Assembly: GCF_006345805.1 (NCBI RefSeq)
Contig: NC_042997.1
Location: 209,808,001 to 209,872,000 of the forward strand
Direction: 5' to 3'
Source: Octopus sinensis
Taxonomy: Eukaryota
Length of the DNA: 64,000 nucleotides
The translations under genes were made by a program, and so were the position numbers. A model generated the notes under the pieces. The model did not search any database, was not told where the DNA came from, and was given only the letters and a program-made list of their open reading frames with translations. The number at the start of each line of letters is the position of its first letter. The first letter of the stretch is position 1. Of this stretch, positions 53,470-64,000 are shown piece by piece.

Positions 53470-53856
53470 CTTTCTCAAGTTCCTATCTCTACTGACCATT
53501 GTCCTTCCAGTGGCCTTGTTCTTATATCTTACTGACCAGAGATTTACCTCTCGAAAAAGCGGTTCTTCACTCCTGCTCCAGAGCGTCGGCTGCGGGGTCA
53601 CTCCGAAAAGCTCTATCTGTGACGATTTCATCTCAATCGAAGGAGAGGAGCTTTCTCCGTCCAGGTTGTGGATCCGTGGAATAAGCTGCCGGACGAGATA
53701 GTGAAAATACCAACGACCGCTCGGTTCAAAGTCTCTCTTGACCAGAAATGGCCTGAACTCTTTGCATGAACACCCTCCCTGTACATAACTCCATGTCCCC
53801 CTACATGGCCTTGCTTTTTGCTTTTTGAGCCAAAAAATTAACTAACTAACTAACTA
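53470..53856 (+). mobile_element. CR1-like LINE 3' end with (TAAC)n tail
   Basis: Translates LRGHSEKL...AFSVQVVDPWNKLPDEIV...FKVSLD, followed by a short 3'UTR and TAACTAACTAACTAAC. Confidence 0.75.
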
Positions 53857-53888
53857 TTGACCTTCAATGGATCTAATTTCCTTTTCAG

Positions 53889-54387
53889 ATCAGCTGCTGG
53901 TTTCGTTTCATCTTGGGTGATCCGCCAGAGGGTCTGATGCAGCGACTGTTGTGTTGCTGTCACCAAGCCATACACAAACAGGCAACTTACCAACACTTAT
54001 GGAAACACGGAGTGTTGATACGTGCTGGGGATGTGATGCTTTGTATAGAATACACATCGGGGAACATCAAACGCTTCCATATAACTGGTCGCATCAACAC
54101 AGACTTCCAAGGAAGCGAAGCCACAGCTATCCAGATGACCTGGCTTAAAATGGCTCCTCTTATACTGGCAGCCATTTCCATGCTCAGCTCCTTCCATGGT
54201 TTGATGTATAGTACCTACCTGGTGCCATTAGGTAAATATTTCTATGAACCCATTGAGACGGCCACCAATTCCACTCACCAACACGTCTTCTCAACTGGAA
54301 GCTGTCTACAAGCATGGACTCACAAAAAACCTTTGATTATTGAAAGAGAAAGAATTCTAAAAGTTGATCATCTTTTGCCATTTGAAG
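53889..54387 (+). CDS. Roco-like gene exon: COR-B
   Basis: cttttcAG|...G|GTaagt, phase 0 to 1. WFRFILGDPPEGLMQRLL...HLWKHGVLI matches the COR-B 'F..P.GL..RL ... W..G' pattern. Confidence 0.88.
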
Positions 54388-57123
54388 GTAAGTTCTGGTT
54401 CATTCCAATGCTGTCCAAATGTTCTTTAACCCCGGGCTAACCTGGATCCAGCAGATCTATGATCAAAGACATTCCATTTCAGTCTTGGACTGTCATGGTC
54501 TTTTATTTTTTAATCTTTTACTTGTTTTAGTCATTAGACTGTGGCCATGCTGGGGCACCATCTTGAAGAATTTCCATTTGAAGGATTCAACTGCAGTATT
54601 TTTTGTGTTAAGCCTGGTACTTATTCTGTCAGTTTTCTTTGCTGAACCACTAAGTCACTGGGATGTAAACACACCAATACCAGTTGTCAAGCAATGGTGG
54701 AGGACAAACTCAAACACCCACCAACCCACATATATATATATGTATATATATGACAGGCCTCTTTCAGTTTCTTTCTACCAAATCTGTTCAGCTTTGGTTG
54801 GCCTGAGGCTGTAGCAGAAGATGCCTGCCCAAGCTGCCATGCAACGGGACGGAACTCAGAACCATGTGGTTGGGAAGCAAGCTTCTTACTGCACAGTGGC
54901 ACCTGTGTCTATGTTACGACACATATAATTTATTACACGAGAAAATATCAACTTAGACACACAAGGTAGGAACCAGGTGAAATGAGTGAGTGGTTGGATA
55001 ATATAGATACCAGCTAAGCACTATCCGAACATGGCCAATGCCAGCCCCCCCTGATTGGCTCCCATGCCAGTGGCATGTAAAAAGCACTATCCGAATGTGA
55101 TCAATGCCAGGCTCGCCTGACTGGCTCCCCTGCCGGTGTCACGTAAAAAGCACCCACTACACTCTCGGAGTGGTTGGCGTTAGGAAGGGCATCCGGCTGT
55201 AGAAACATTGCCAGATCAGATTGGAGCCTGGTGCAGCCTCCCGGCTTCCCAGACCTCAGTCAAATCGTCCAACTCATGCCAGCATGGAAAACGGATGTTA
55301 AACGATGATGATGATGTGGGTAAGAGAGAAGACATGTAATGTGTTTGGTGGTGCAATTGAGAGATAAGTAATCTAGAAGGAGATGCGTGTTTTAATGAAG
55401 TGGAGCTGTTGGGCAGCTATCTTGATTTTTAGACAGCAGAACACAGTGTTTCTCAGCACCTTGCTACCTTGGCTAAAGCTTATTTTATTTCATTTTGAGA
55501 TTTGGTTTGCAAGATTCTTTATGTGAGTTCGTATGTTGAAGCATATTCTGTTGTGTCTGGAGAGAGTCATTCTCTTTTGGTGCCTTAATAATTTAACACT
55601 CACTGGTAAAATTTTCACTTCTTTCTTTTTTTTTTATTATTTTTCTAAAATTTTTGTTGCATCTTGCAACCTTTTCAATAGAAGACCAATGGAAGAAGCA
55701 GCATGGTTAGATCCCAGAACGTCCGATATTATGGAAGAGATAAGATCATACTGTAAGGTAATAGATCTCTCCCACCCGAACTAGTCTGGGAAAAAGAAGC
55801 GAAGTTGATAGAATAAAATATCAGGTTAATTAATACTGGAGTTGATTTAATTGACGAACCACTTCAGACTAAATTTGTGATCTTGTGTCTATGTCAGAAA
55901 CAAATATAATTCTGGATTCCAGCAGGGACATTCATGCATCTACTCTACAACAAAACACCTATATCTGTCCCCTCAATACCTTAAATCGTGCAATTGGCAG
56001 AAAGCCACAATCCCACAACACTACCCTCCACTCCCAGTTGAAGGGTTTTTGTCTTGCAAGGTACTTGGTGACCCTGTCAGTGCTGGGGCTACATAAAAAG
56101 TACCCTGTACACTCTGCGAAGTGGTCAGCATTAGGAAGGGCATCTGGTCATAGGAACCAGCCCAAAACAGACAGTGGAGCCAGGGACAGCTCCTGGCCTT
56201 GTCAGCTACTGCCAAACCATCCAACCCATACCAGCATGGAAATCGGATGTTAAATGATGATGATGATGATGTTTACGCTCTGACTTCAATCCTGTTCAGG
56301 ACCACATTGCCTTTCCTCACACTGGATTTGATGAAGTATCAGTCAAGTACCAGAGCCCTTGGACATTAACATTTTCCCCTAAAATTGCAGGCTTTGTGGT
56401 GGTGGGGAGCAATGTAATTGACTCTCACCTTCTCACTAATAATTACTCGTCTTGCACCAAAATTCAAAGCAATTATCAAAATGGTAAATGTAATAACAAG
56501 AACATGGAAGACAAGATTAAAAAAGAGTTAAAAGTTGTAAATTGTATTAATATAACGTCTCCTCACCGCCACCATCAACATTTAACATCCATCTTTCAAG
56601 CTGGTATGGACTGGACGGTTTGGAAGGACTCAAGGTGCCATAGGATTGTATTGAGTGCCAGTGTCAGCTTTGGCATAGTTTCTATGGCTAGATACCCTTT
56701 CTAATGCCAACCACTTTACAGAGTGTACAGGGTGCTTTTTACATGGCACCAGCCCTTGTGATGTCATCAAATAACTCACAAAACAAAGAGAAAAGACCTT
56801 CAACCGGGTAGGGTTACAGCTTTGAGGAAGGTGTCTTTATGTCAGGAGTTGAGAGGATAAAATATGATAGAGGGATAGTCACAGGAAGTCTTCTATACTG
56901 AAGATAGATGGCTACCCTGTATTATATAAGGGTGGGTGGGAACAACTTGAAAGAAGCCAATGATAGTGGTGATGAGGTGTCAAAATGTAATTCAACTCCG
57001 AAATACATATTAGGGTATTGTTAGTGGAAATATAGAAATATTTACCGATTTCTTGTGATTCTCAGATTGATGTAGTTCTGATTCAATATTGAACTTTGCT
57101 TTCTTTTTCTTTGTTGTTTCTAG

Positions 57124-57791
57124 TACAAAAGCCTGTTGGTTCCATCTCTGTTATGATGGAATTCATCCTCTCCAAGAAGGAAGAAATCTGCTCACAGAGT
57201 GAAGAAAGTCCATTGATCGTTGATAACTACTTAGCTGCAAGATATTCCACTCAGGTGGCAGTTCCAAAGACCAAAAAGAAAGCGACGCTCCAAATAAAAT
57301 GGAAATTAGACGAAGGAAATAGAAGTTCCCAAAGAACAAACAACAACATAGAGGGTGGAGGTTTGTCTGTAAAAGACAATGGTAAGAATTCTTGTACAGG
57401 TGTTGATAGTTCAAAGGGAACATTTCAGAACCTGAATGAAACCCAAACTGGGGTTTTGAATGAAAATGAAATTGATGGAAGAATAATGAATGGCCGAGTG
57501 ATGAGTGAGGAGAATGAGAATTCTATAGCTGTGAGGATTGCTTCTAGTTTTGTGGCGAGCATAATGGTAATGGCTTTAGCACAACACCTTGTGGAGGAAT
57601 CTTCAGTATCTGTGGGAAATATTGCTAAAATCACAGCTACCACTGCAACCGCAGTTCAGGCTGGTGACATCGATGCAGCCGTGAATGCAGTGTTTGATGT
57701 TGTAAATAAAGTTAACGACATGCTTGAGGTAAGACATTCTAGCCCCGACAATGAGGCCCCCCGCAAAAGTAAGTTTTGTATCCTAATGTAA
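57124..57791 (+). CDS. Roco-like gene terminal exon ending in polybasic + CaaX box (RKSKFCILM*)
   Basis: tttctAG| acceptor in phase 1, matching the previous exon. 221 further open codons to TAA at 57789-57791, with AATAAA at 57802. Confidence 0.8.
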
Positions 57792-58321
57792 AAACACAGA
57801 AAATAAATGAACTCACAAACACATTTGTTTTTAATCTTTTCATCGGAGGAGAACTTAGTGTCTATGACCTGTAACAGGGAACTCTAAGACTGGTGGAGGA
57901 GAGGGAAGGGGGGTAGTATCCTCAAACCATAGATCAAGCTCAAATACTAGCTGCAGATTAGACTCCACTTATGGCACCAAAAGTATTGTGGCGAAACGAC
58001 AGGAGATATGGCTTAATTCTTATGATACCAAACGGATTTGGTCAAATTTCGACATACGATAGTTTAACATAATAACAAAGACATATATATAGATAGATAT
58101 TTAGTCAACAGACTATATATATTATTCATAGAATACAGTATACATTTTTCTCTGAATAATATATAGTCTATTGACTAATTTTTCCTTCTCACTAGACCAC
58201 TGGTAGCAAAGAATTTTTCTAAAATTTTTTTTGCTACCCTAAGATTTATTAATATCATCATCATCGTTTAACATCCGCTTTCCATGCTAGCATGGGTTGG
58301 ACGGAGCATGGGTTGGACGAT

Positions 58322-58361
<40 letters not shown>

Positions 58362-59615
58362 ATATATATATATATTGTTGCTATTACATTAAACTGTCAT
58401 ATGTCCAAATGTGTTTTTTTCAATATCTATTTTTGCTTGCAATAACCAGTTCATTTGGTCAAACTATCGTATCTCCAACTGCTTCAGGTGCCAAGAAATC
58501 AAAAATTGTCAAAATGTAGTACAACAGTTTTGCTATGGAATCATCATCATCATCGTTTAACGTCCGTGATGATGATGATGAATCCATAGCAAAACTGTTG
58601 TACTACATTTGTGAAACTATTTTTTCGTTTTCTGAAAAAGCAACGTGTTGGACTTACGACACTTCTGCATAAAAGCAACAATATATATATATATACATAC
58701 ACACACACACATATATGAATGTGTATGCTGATTTGTTCATGTGCATGCAAGTGCAAGTGCTGAGACATGTCTGTTACATGCATTCGGTATATGTGTGACT
58801 GTCCATCATCATCATCGTTTAACGTCCGTTCTCCATGCTAGCATGGGTTGGACGGTTCGACTGAGGTCTGGGAAGCCAGGAGGCTGCGCCAGGCTCCAGT
58901 CTAATCTGGCGGTGTTTCTACAGCTGGATGCCCTTCCTAACACCAACTGCTCCGTGAATGTTGTGGGTGCTTTTTATGTGCCACCGGCACAGGGGCCAGA
59001 AGGGGCTGGCAAACGGCCACAATCGGTTGGTGCTTTTTACGTGCCACCGACACGGACGCCAGTCGAGGCGGCGCTGGCATCAGGTTTTGTTATCCTTAAA
59101 TCCTTAAAATGTTTTAGCCCGAAGGCTGCGGCCATGCTGGGCTAAATAAAATAAATAAATAAATAAATAAATAATAAATCAAATACAAGTAGAAAAATTT
59201 AATTTTCAGTTTTGAAATTCCATGATATTGAGGACGACAACAACAACAAGAAAAACATGCAGATAAATAAGAGCATGGAAGCGGTGGTGGATATGGCGGT
59301 GGCAATGTTTGTTACTGATGATAATGATGAGGACGATGATGATGATAGTGATGGTGGTTCTTGTAGTGGTGGTGGTGATGCTGCTGCTTATTATGATGAT
59401 GATGGTGATGAAGGTGGTGATGGTGGTGGTGGTAGTTCTTGTAGTGATGATGATGTTGATGCTGATGATGCTTAATGTTCATGTCCAGATGACAACCAAA
59501 CACACTGACATCATTGTTGGTCATAACTGCAGGACACTCCACCACTCCACTACTGACCACCACCACCAACAAGACATGAAACTTTCCCTTGTGCAGCCAA
59601 TACAGTACTATCTCC

Positions 59616-59822
59616 TCATCTCCTACGTTTGGTCCGAGCACGTTTGCGTCGGTCAGGTCCACTGCTCGGTAGCTTGCTAAGCCGGCCAACACTCACACCT
59701 TGTCTCTTACTGGTCAACATGTGTTGCTCCACCAGTTCGGCCAGATGACCCTCTTGGGCCAGGAAGGACAGGAAAGTACAGATGAACTGGTCATAGCTGT
59801 GTGTCCGGCGACAGTCATCAAT
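59616..59822 (-). CDS. BAP1: BAP1/Calypso deubiquitinase, terminal coding exon (ULD end + NLS)
   Basis: cttttcAG| then [50 protein letters not shown]...[13 protein letters not shown], closely matching the human BAP1 C-terminus. Confidence 0.95.
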   Translation of the reverse strand: MDDCRRTHSYDQFICTFLSFLAQEGHLAELVEQHMLTSKRQGVSVGRLSKLPSSGPDRRKRARTKRRR

Positions 59823-61336
59823 CTGAAAAGAGACAAAGAAGCAACAGTTTCAAAAAGTGGCAAGGAAGAGGTTTGCTTTTAGGAGGAAGAGGAGGAGGAG
59901 GAGGAAGAGGATCCACAGACTTTGGTCTTTTTAGCTCTGTCCATCTGTAGCCAACCTACGTCTCTCTTTATCTCTGTAGTGTTGTCTTTGGCTGTCCATT
60001 GTAGGTTGATACTCTTTACTCTTTTACCTCTTTCAGTCATTTGACTGCGGCCATGCTGGAGCACTGCCTTTAGTCGAGCAAATCGACCCTGGGACTTATT
60101 CTTTGTAAGCCTAGTACTTATTCTATCTATCTCTTTTGCCAAACTGCTAAGTTACCGGGATGTAAATGCACCAGCATCGGTTGTCAAGCGATATTGGGGG
60201 GACAAACACAGACACACAAACACATACATACATACATATATACAATGGGCTTCTTTCAGTTTCCGTCTACGAAATCCATTCACAAGGCTTTGGTTGGCCT
60301 GAGGCTATAGTAGAAGACACTTGCCCAAGGTGCCACGCAGTGGGACTGAACCTGGAACCATGTGGTTGGTAAGCAAGCTACTAACCACACAGCCACTCCT
60401 GCACCTATTGACTGTTCTGTTCAGAAATCTTTTCCCTGAACAAAATACCTTTGGAAAGTAAGGCAGTTGGCACTGTCCCCTGACCAGCCTGCTACTTGGA
60501 GCCTCTACACCAAGTACCAAATGGTGTACAAGAGTGCAAGGAGCATGGTCAATGATGGGGCTGCCCCACAGAAGCAGCTCACTCACTAGTCAACACCCAA
60601 CCATTGTCTGATGGTACAGACTTTCCCCTTGGCCACAATAACTTTCAAGCTATTCATCTAGGGCTTGCCCGCTTTGTTGGTTATCCAATGTCCTGCTGCC
60701 TACATCTTCACTGTATCCCTGGCATGGGAGGTGAAGGAATTGCAAACACTTGCACAAGATACCACTCCAGTCTACAGCTGAAAGGGGCAACTTACTCTCA
60801 TCTTTGTGGCCTGCCAATGTCGGTCGGGTGAAAATATAGGCTGAAATCTATTTTAGCAGTAGACGAGGGGGGGGGGTAAAACAGGTTTCAAATTTTGACA
60901 CAAGGTCAACAATTTCGGCGGAGCAGGATGGGGGGGGGGGGACAGGGGGTGGTTGATTACACTGACCTTGGTGCTTCTACTTAAGTTATTGATCTCCAAA
61001 ACGATGAAAGGCAAAGTCAACCTTGGAAGAATTTGAATTCAGAATGTAAGGACGAAATGCCTCCAAGCATTTTGCAAGGGTGCTGACGATTCTGTCAGCT
61101 CACTGCCTCAGATGGGAGTAGTATTAGTAGGAAGTGTGGAGATGGTGGAGAGAAAGACAATAATATGGAACCAGTATGAAAGTGAGGAGGATGGGAGGGA
61201 GAGAGAGAGAGAGAGAGATGATAAGTCGTATATAAATTCAACAACATATACACAAACCCACAAATATATATACACACACAGACACAATACAAAAACACTC
61301 ACACACAAACGGACACACTTCCGCACACTGGTTTAC

Positions 61337-61429
61337 CTTGTATTTGTTTCGTTTGTCCACCTCATCCTTCAGGTTGTTCTCACAGGTTGTTATTTCTTTC
61401 TCCACGTTCTTCATCAAATCGTACAAATC
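61337..61429 (-). CDS. BAP1: BAP1 penultimate exon (ULD coiled coil)
   Basis: gcacAG|[31 protein letters not shown]|GTaaac, 93 nt, phase 0-0. Aligns with human [31 protein letters not shown]. Confidence 0.93.
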
Positions 61430-62473
61430 CTGTGCGTAAATAAATAGACAACGGTTTATTTCTATAGACATCCATTCATGCATACACCCACATATCTGAT
61501 CACCACCGTCATTGTTTTAATGCTTGAGGTAGATTTCTGACAGCTGGATGCCCTTCCTGCCATTAACCCTCACCTGTTTCCAAGCAGGGTAATATTTACC
61601 CAGATATGGTTTTCCTTGAGGATGAGAAAGGAAGGATGTTGTTTCTATGATGTTAAATGCTTGCTTGCAACTATCAGGTGATGTCAACACACACACACAC
61701 ACACACACACGCACATGTGTTTGTGCCATATAGAAGTCAGCTGCTCCGCTGATGTGAATCGTCATCATCATCATCATTGTTTAATCTGTTTTCCATGCTG
61801 GCATGGGTTGGATAGTTTTACTGGGGAGTAGCAAGCCAGGAGGTCACACCAGGCTCCAATCTTATTTCTTTATTGCTCACAAGGGGCTAAACATAGAGGG
61901 GACAAACAAGGACAGACAAAGGGATTAAGTCGATTACATCAACCCACGTGCGTAACTGCTACTTATTTAATCAACCCCAAAAACATGAAAGGCAAAGTCG
62001 ACCTTGGTGGAATTTGAACTCAGAACGTAGCGGCAGATGAAGTACCGCTAAGCATTTCACCCAGCATGCTAATGTTCCTGCCAGCTCACCGCCTTGCTCC
62101 AATCTGATCTGGCAATGTTTCCCAGATTAGATTCCAGCATTGCCCAGGCTCCAATCTGATCTGGCAATGTTTCTACGGCTGGATGTCCCTCCTAATGCCA
62201 ACCACTCCAAGAGTGTATTGGGTGCTTTTTACATGCCACTGGCACGAGGGCCAGTCAGGCGGTACTGGCATCAACCACACTTGAATAGTGCTTTTTACGT
62301 GCCACCGGCACAGAGAACCAGTCAGACAATACTGGCAACGACCCATGCATGAATGGTGCTTATTGCATGCCATCAGCATGGGAGTGAGTCAGACATCACT
62401 GGCATCGGCCACAACTACAATTTCCATTTGATTTTGAATGTCTCTTTGAAAAACCAAAGAGAAAGAGGATAAC

Positions 62474-62800
62474 TCATCATCATTGTCCGACCGTGGTCGA
62501 GACAATGGAATTTACTAAGTTACACCAGACTTCACGGTTGATCATAGCATTACGGGGGTCCTGTTGCTGGATGCCTGTATCCCTGGAGATTACACCAGGG
62601 TAGGAGAGTGTGCGCCCTCTGGTATCGCGAGCAGATGGCTTCCAGAGGAGAAGAGTAGAAATTACCTCTTTTTCAGCTCTACAACAATGTCCAGCAAACT
62701 GGACTCTCCTACCTTTCACAAGAGATGATACTAGTGGTAATTTCCCATATATTTGTACTTTGGTTGGATGACGCTTCCACGAGAGATTTTGAGCTCTCAT
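62474..62800 (-). mobile_element. RTE-like LINE 3' fragment
   Basis: LSWKRHPT..QIYGKLP...RRVQFAGHCCR...LLLWKP motif with a (TGA)n tail. Confidence 0.75.
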
Positions 62801-63040
62801 AAGGATAACTATGAACACCTTCTTCTAAATCTCCAGCTTCTATATCCAGGTTTAAAATCTGAATTTACACCAATGATAATTGGCGCACTTGGGATTGTGA
62901 GTAAATACCTAAATGACAATCTGGACAGGTTAGGGTCCACAAAAAAAAAAAAGAATCAACCAAATGACTTGCATATTACAAATGTAGTCTGTAAGTAGAA
63001 CAGTGAAAATATGCAAGACTTTTCTCAAGTTTAAAATGTG
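62800..63040 (+). mobile_element. R4/NeSL-type (restriction-like endonuclease) LINE C-terminal fragment
   Basis: YEHLLLNLQLLYP...FTPMIIGALGIVSKYL..NLDRLG is the 'P(I/V)(V/I)IGALG' REL C-terminal pattern. Confidence 0.6.
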
Positions 63041-63343
63041 ACATTCCATGCTAGCATGGAAAGCAGACATTAAATGATGATGATGATGATATGTGTGTGT
63101 GTGAGTGTATATATATATATATATATACAATGATGATGATGATGAGAGCAAACAAATCTCTAAGCTTTTGAGCATCTTCAAATCCTTTCTTATTTTGGCT
63201 ACAGCTCTTATCCAACATCCAACTCTGACACTAATTAGATCACCCAGGTAACAGAAACAACCAACTCTTTGTAGTGAGTTATCTGAGTAGCTCAGGTACT
63301 CATCTCTTAGGCACCTCTACACCTAATCACTTCTGTATATCTA

Positions 63344-63588
63344 TCTGTTCATGAGGTACTCTGTTCATGGGGTACCCTGTTCACGAGGCACATTTTTGTG
63401 TGGTACCCTATTCACAAGGTACCCTGTTCATAAGGCACTTTTTCAGGTGGTACTCTGTTCATGAGGTACCATGATCATGAGGTACCCTGTTCATGAAGCA
63501 CTTTTCATGTGGTACCCTGTTCATGAGGTACACTGTTCATGTGGTACCCTGTTCACGAGGTACTCTGTTCATGATGTACCCTGTTCAT
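63344..63588. repeat. 16-bp minisatellite (GGTACCCTGTTCATGA)n in a BAP1 intron
   Basis: About 15 imperfect units with periodic variant units (GGCACTTTT). Confidence 0.9.
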
Positions 63589-63705
63589 GTTGGAGATAAA
63601 AATGCTGAAGTAAATAAATAAAAGATTTGTAAAACAAACAAACAAAATTGACAAGAACAACAAAAGATATTAAAAAAGAATATGAATCAATAATGATGTT
63701 GTTAC

Positions 63706-64000
63706 CTTTGGAGTAAAGGCTTGTCTTGTATGTTGTTTGGTACTTGACCTGGGATGGCCTGAGGGGTTAACGGGGTTTGCTCGTGATGCACTTTCTTCTT
63801 TCACCGGTCGTGTACTCGAGGACTCTTTGCTTGGCTGACTGTCACATTCCATTTTCTCTTCTTTCACCGATCCCGCTGGGTCCTTTACTGCTTTCTCTTG
63901 GTGTGGGTCGGTGGGTCTGCCCGGTGTGGCTGCTGTGTCCCCCTCGGACGTCAGAGAACTGTTTAACGTTGAAACAACAGGAACAATGTGGGGCGAATTG
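63706..64000 (-). CDS. BAP1: BAP1 exon (low-complexity linker), runs off the window edge
   Basis: Open frame NSPHIVPVV...TRQAFTPK|GTaac. The ending FTPK parallels human YSPK before the ULD exon. Confidence 0.85.

Noticed and set aside
55644-55682. Minus-strand TTGAAAA-GGTTGC...GCAAC-AAAA hammerhead-like shape
   Set aside because: Too many core mismatches to support from one copy.
59212-59692. Asp/Gly- or His-rich ORFs
   Set aside because: Triplet repeats in the BAP1 3'UTR; the true frame stops at 59616.
63344-63588. CRISPR-like array
   Set aside because: Eukaryotic intron, contiguous 16-mers without spacers, and no cas genes.

Overview
AT-rich, repeat-dense eukaryotic DNA. The SINE/RTE repertoire and microsatellite load look like an octopus (coleoid cephalopod) genome, which is an inference. 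Three host genes are supported. (1) An intronless CDC26/APC12 CDS on the minus strand at ~27.2 kb. (2) A previously unannotated-looking multi-exon gene on the plus strand (~35.4/41.4-57.8 kb), assembled here from GT-AG exons with consistent phases. It encodes a ~840-aa MFHAS1-like Roc-COR (Roco) protein with degenerate G1/G3/G4 GTPase motifs, apparently no LRRs, and a Ras-like polybasic-CaaX end (RKSKFCILM). (3) The last three exons of BAP1/Calypso on the minus strand (59.6-64 kb). The rest is transposon debris: two long decayed RTE LINEs, CR1 and R4-like fragments, tRNA-derived SINEs, piggyBac MITEs, a non-autonomous Helitron and a tRNA-His pseudogene. The strongest non-coding signal is a set of at least five unrelated repeat families that each carry a minimal type-I hammerhead ribozyme motif of the Penelope type. 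Five loci are head-to-head foldbacks with identical polarity, and one family is fused to a tRNA-derived Pol III SINE head. All calls are by eye; no searches or folding programs were run.
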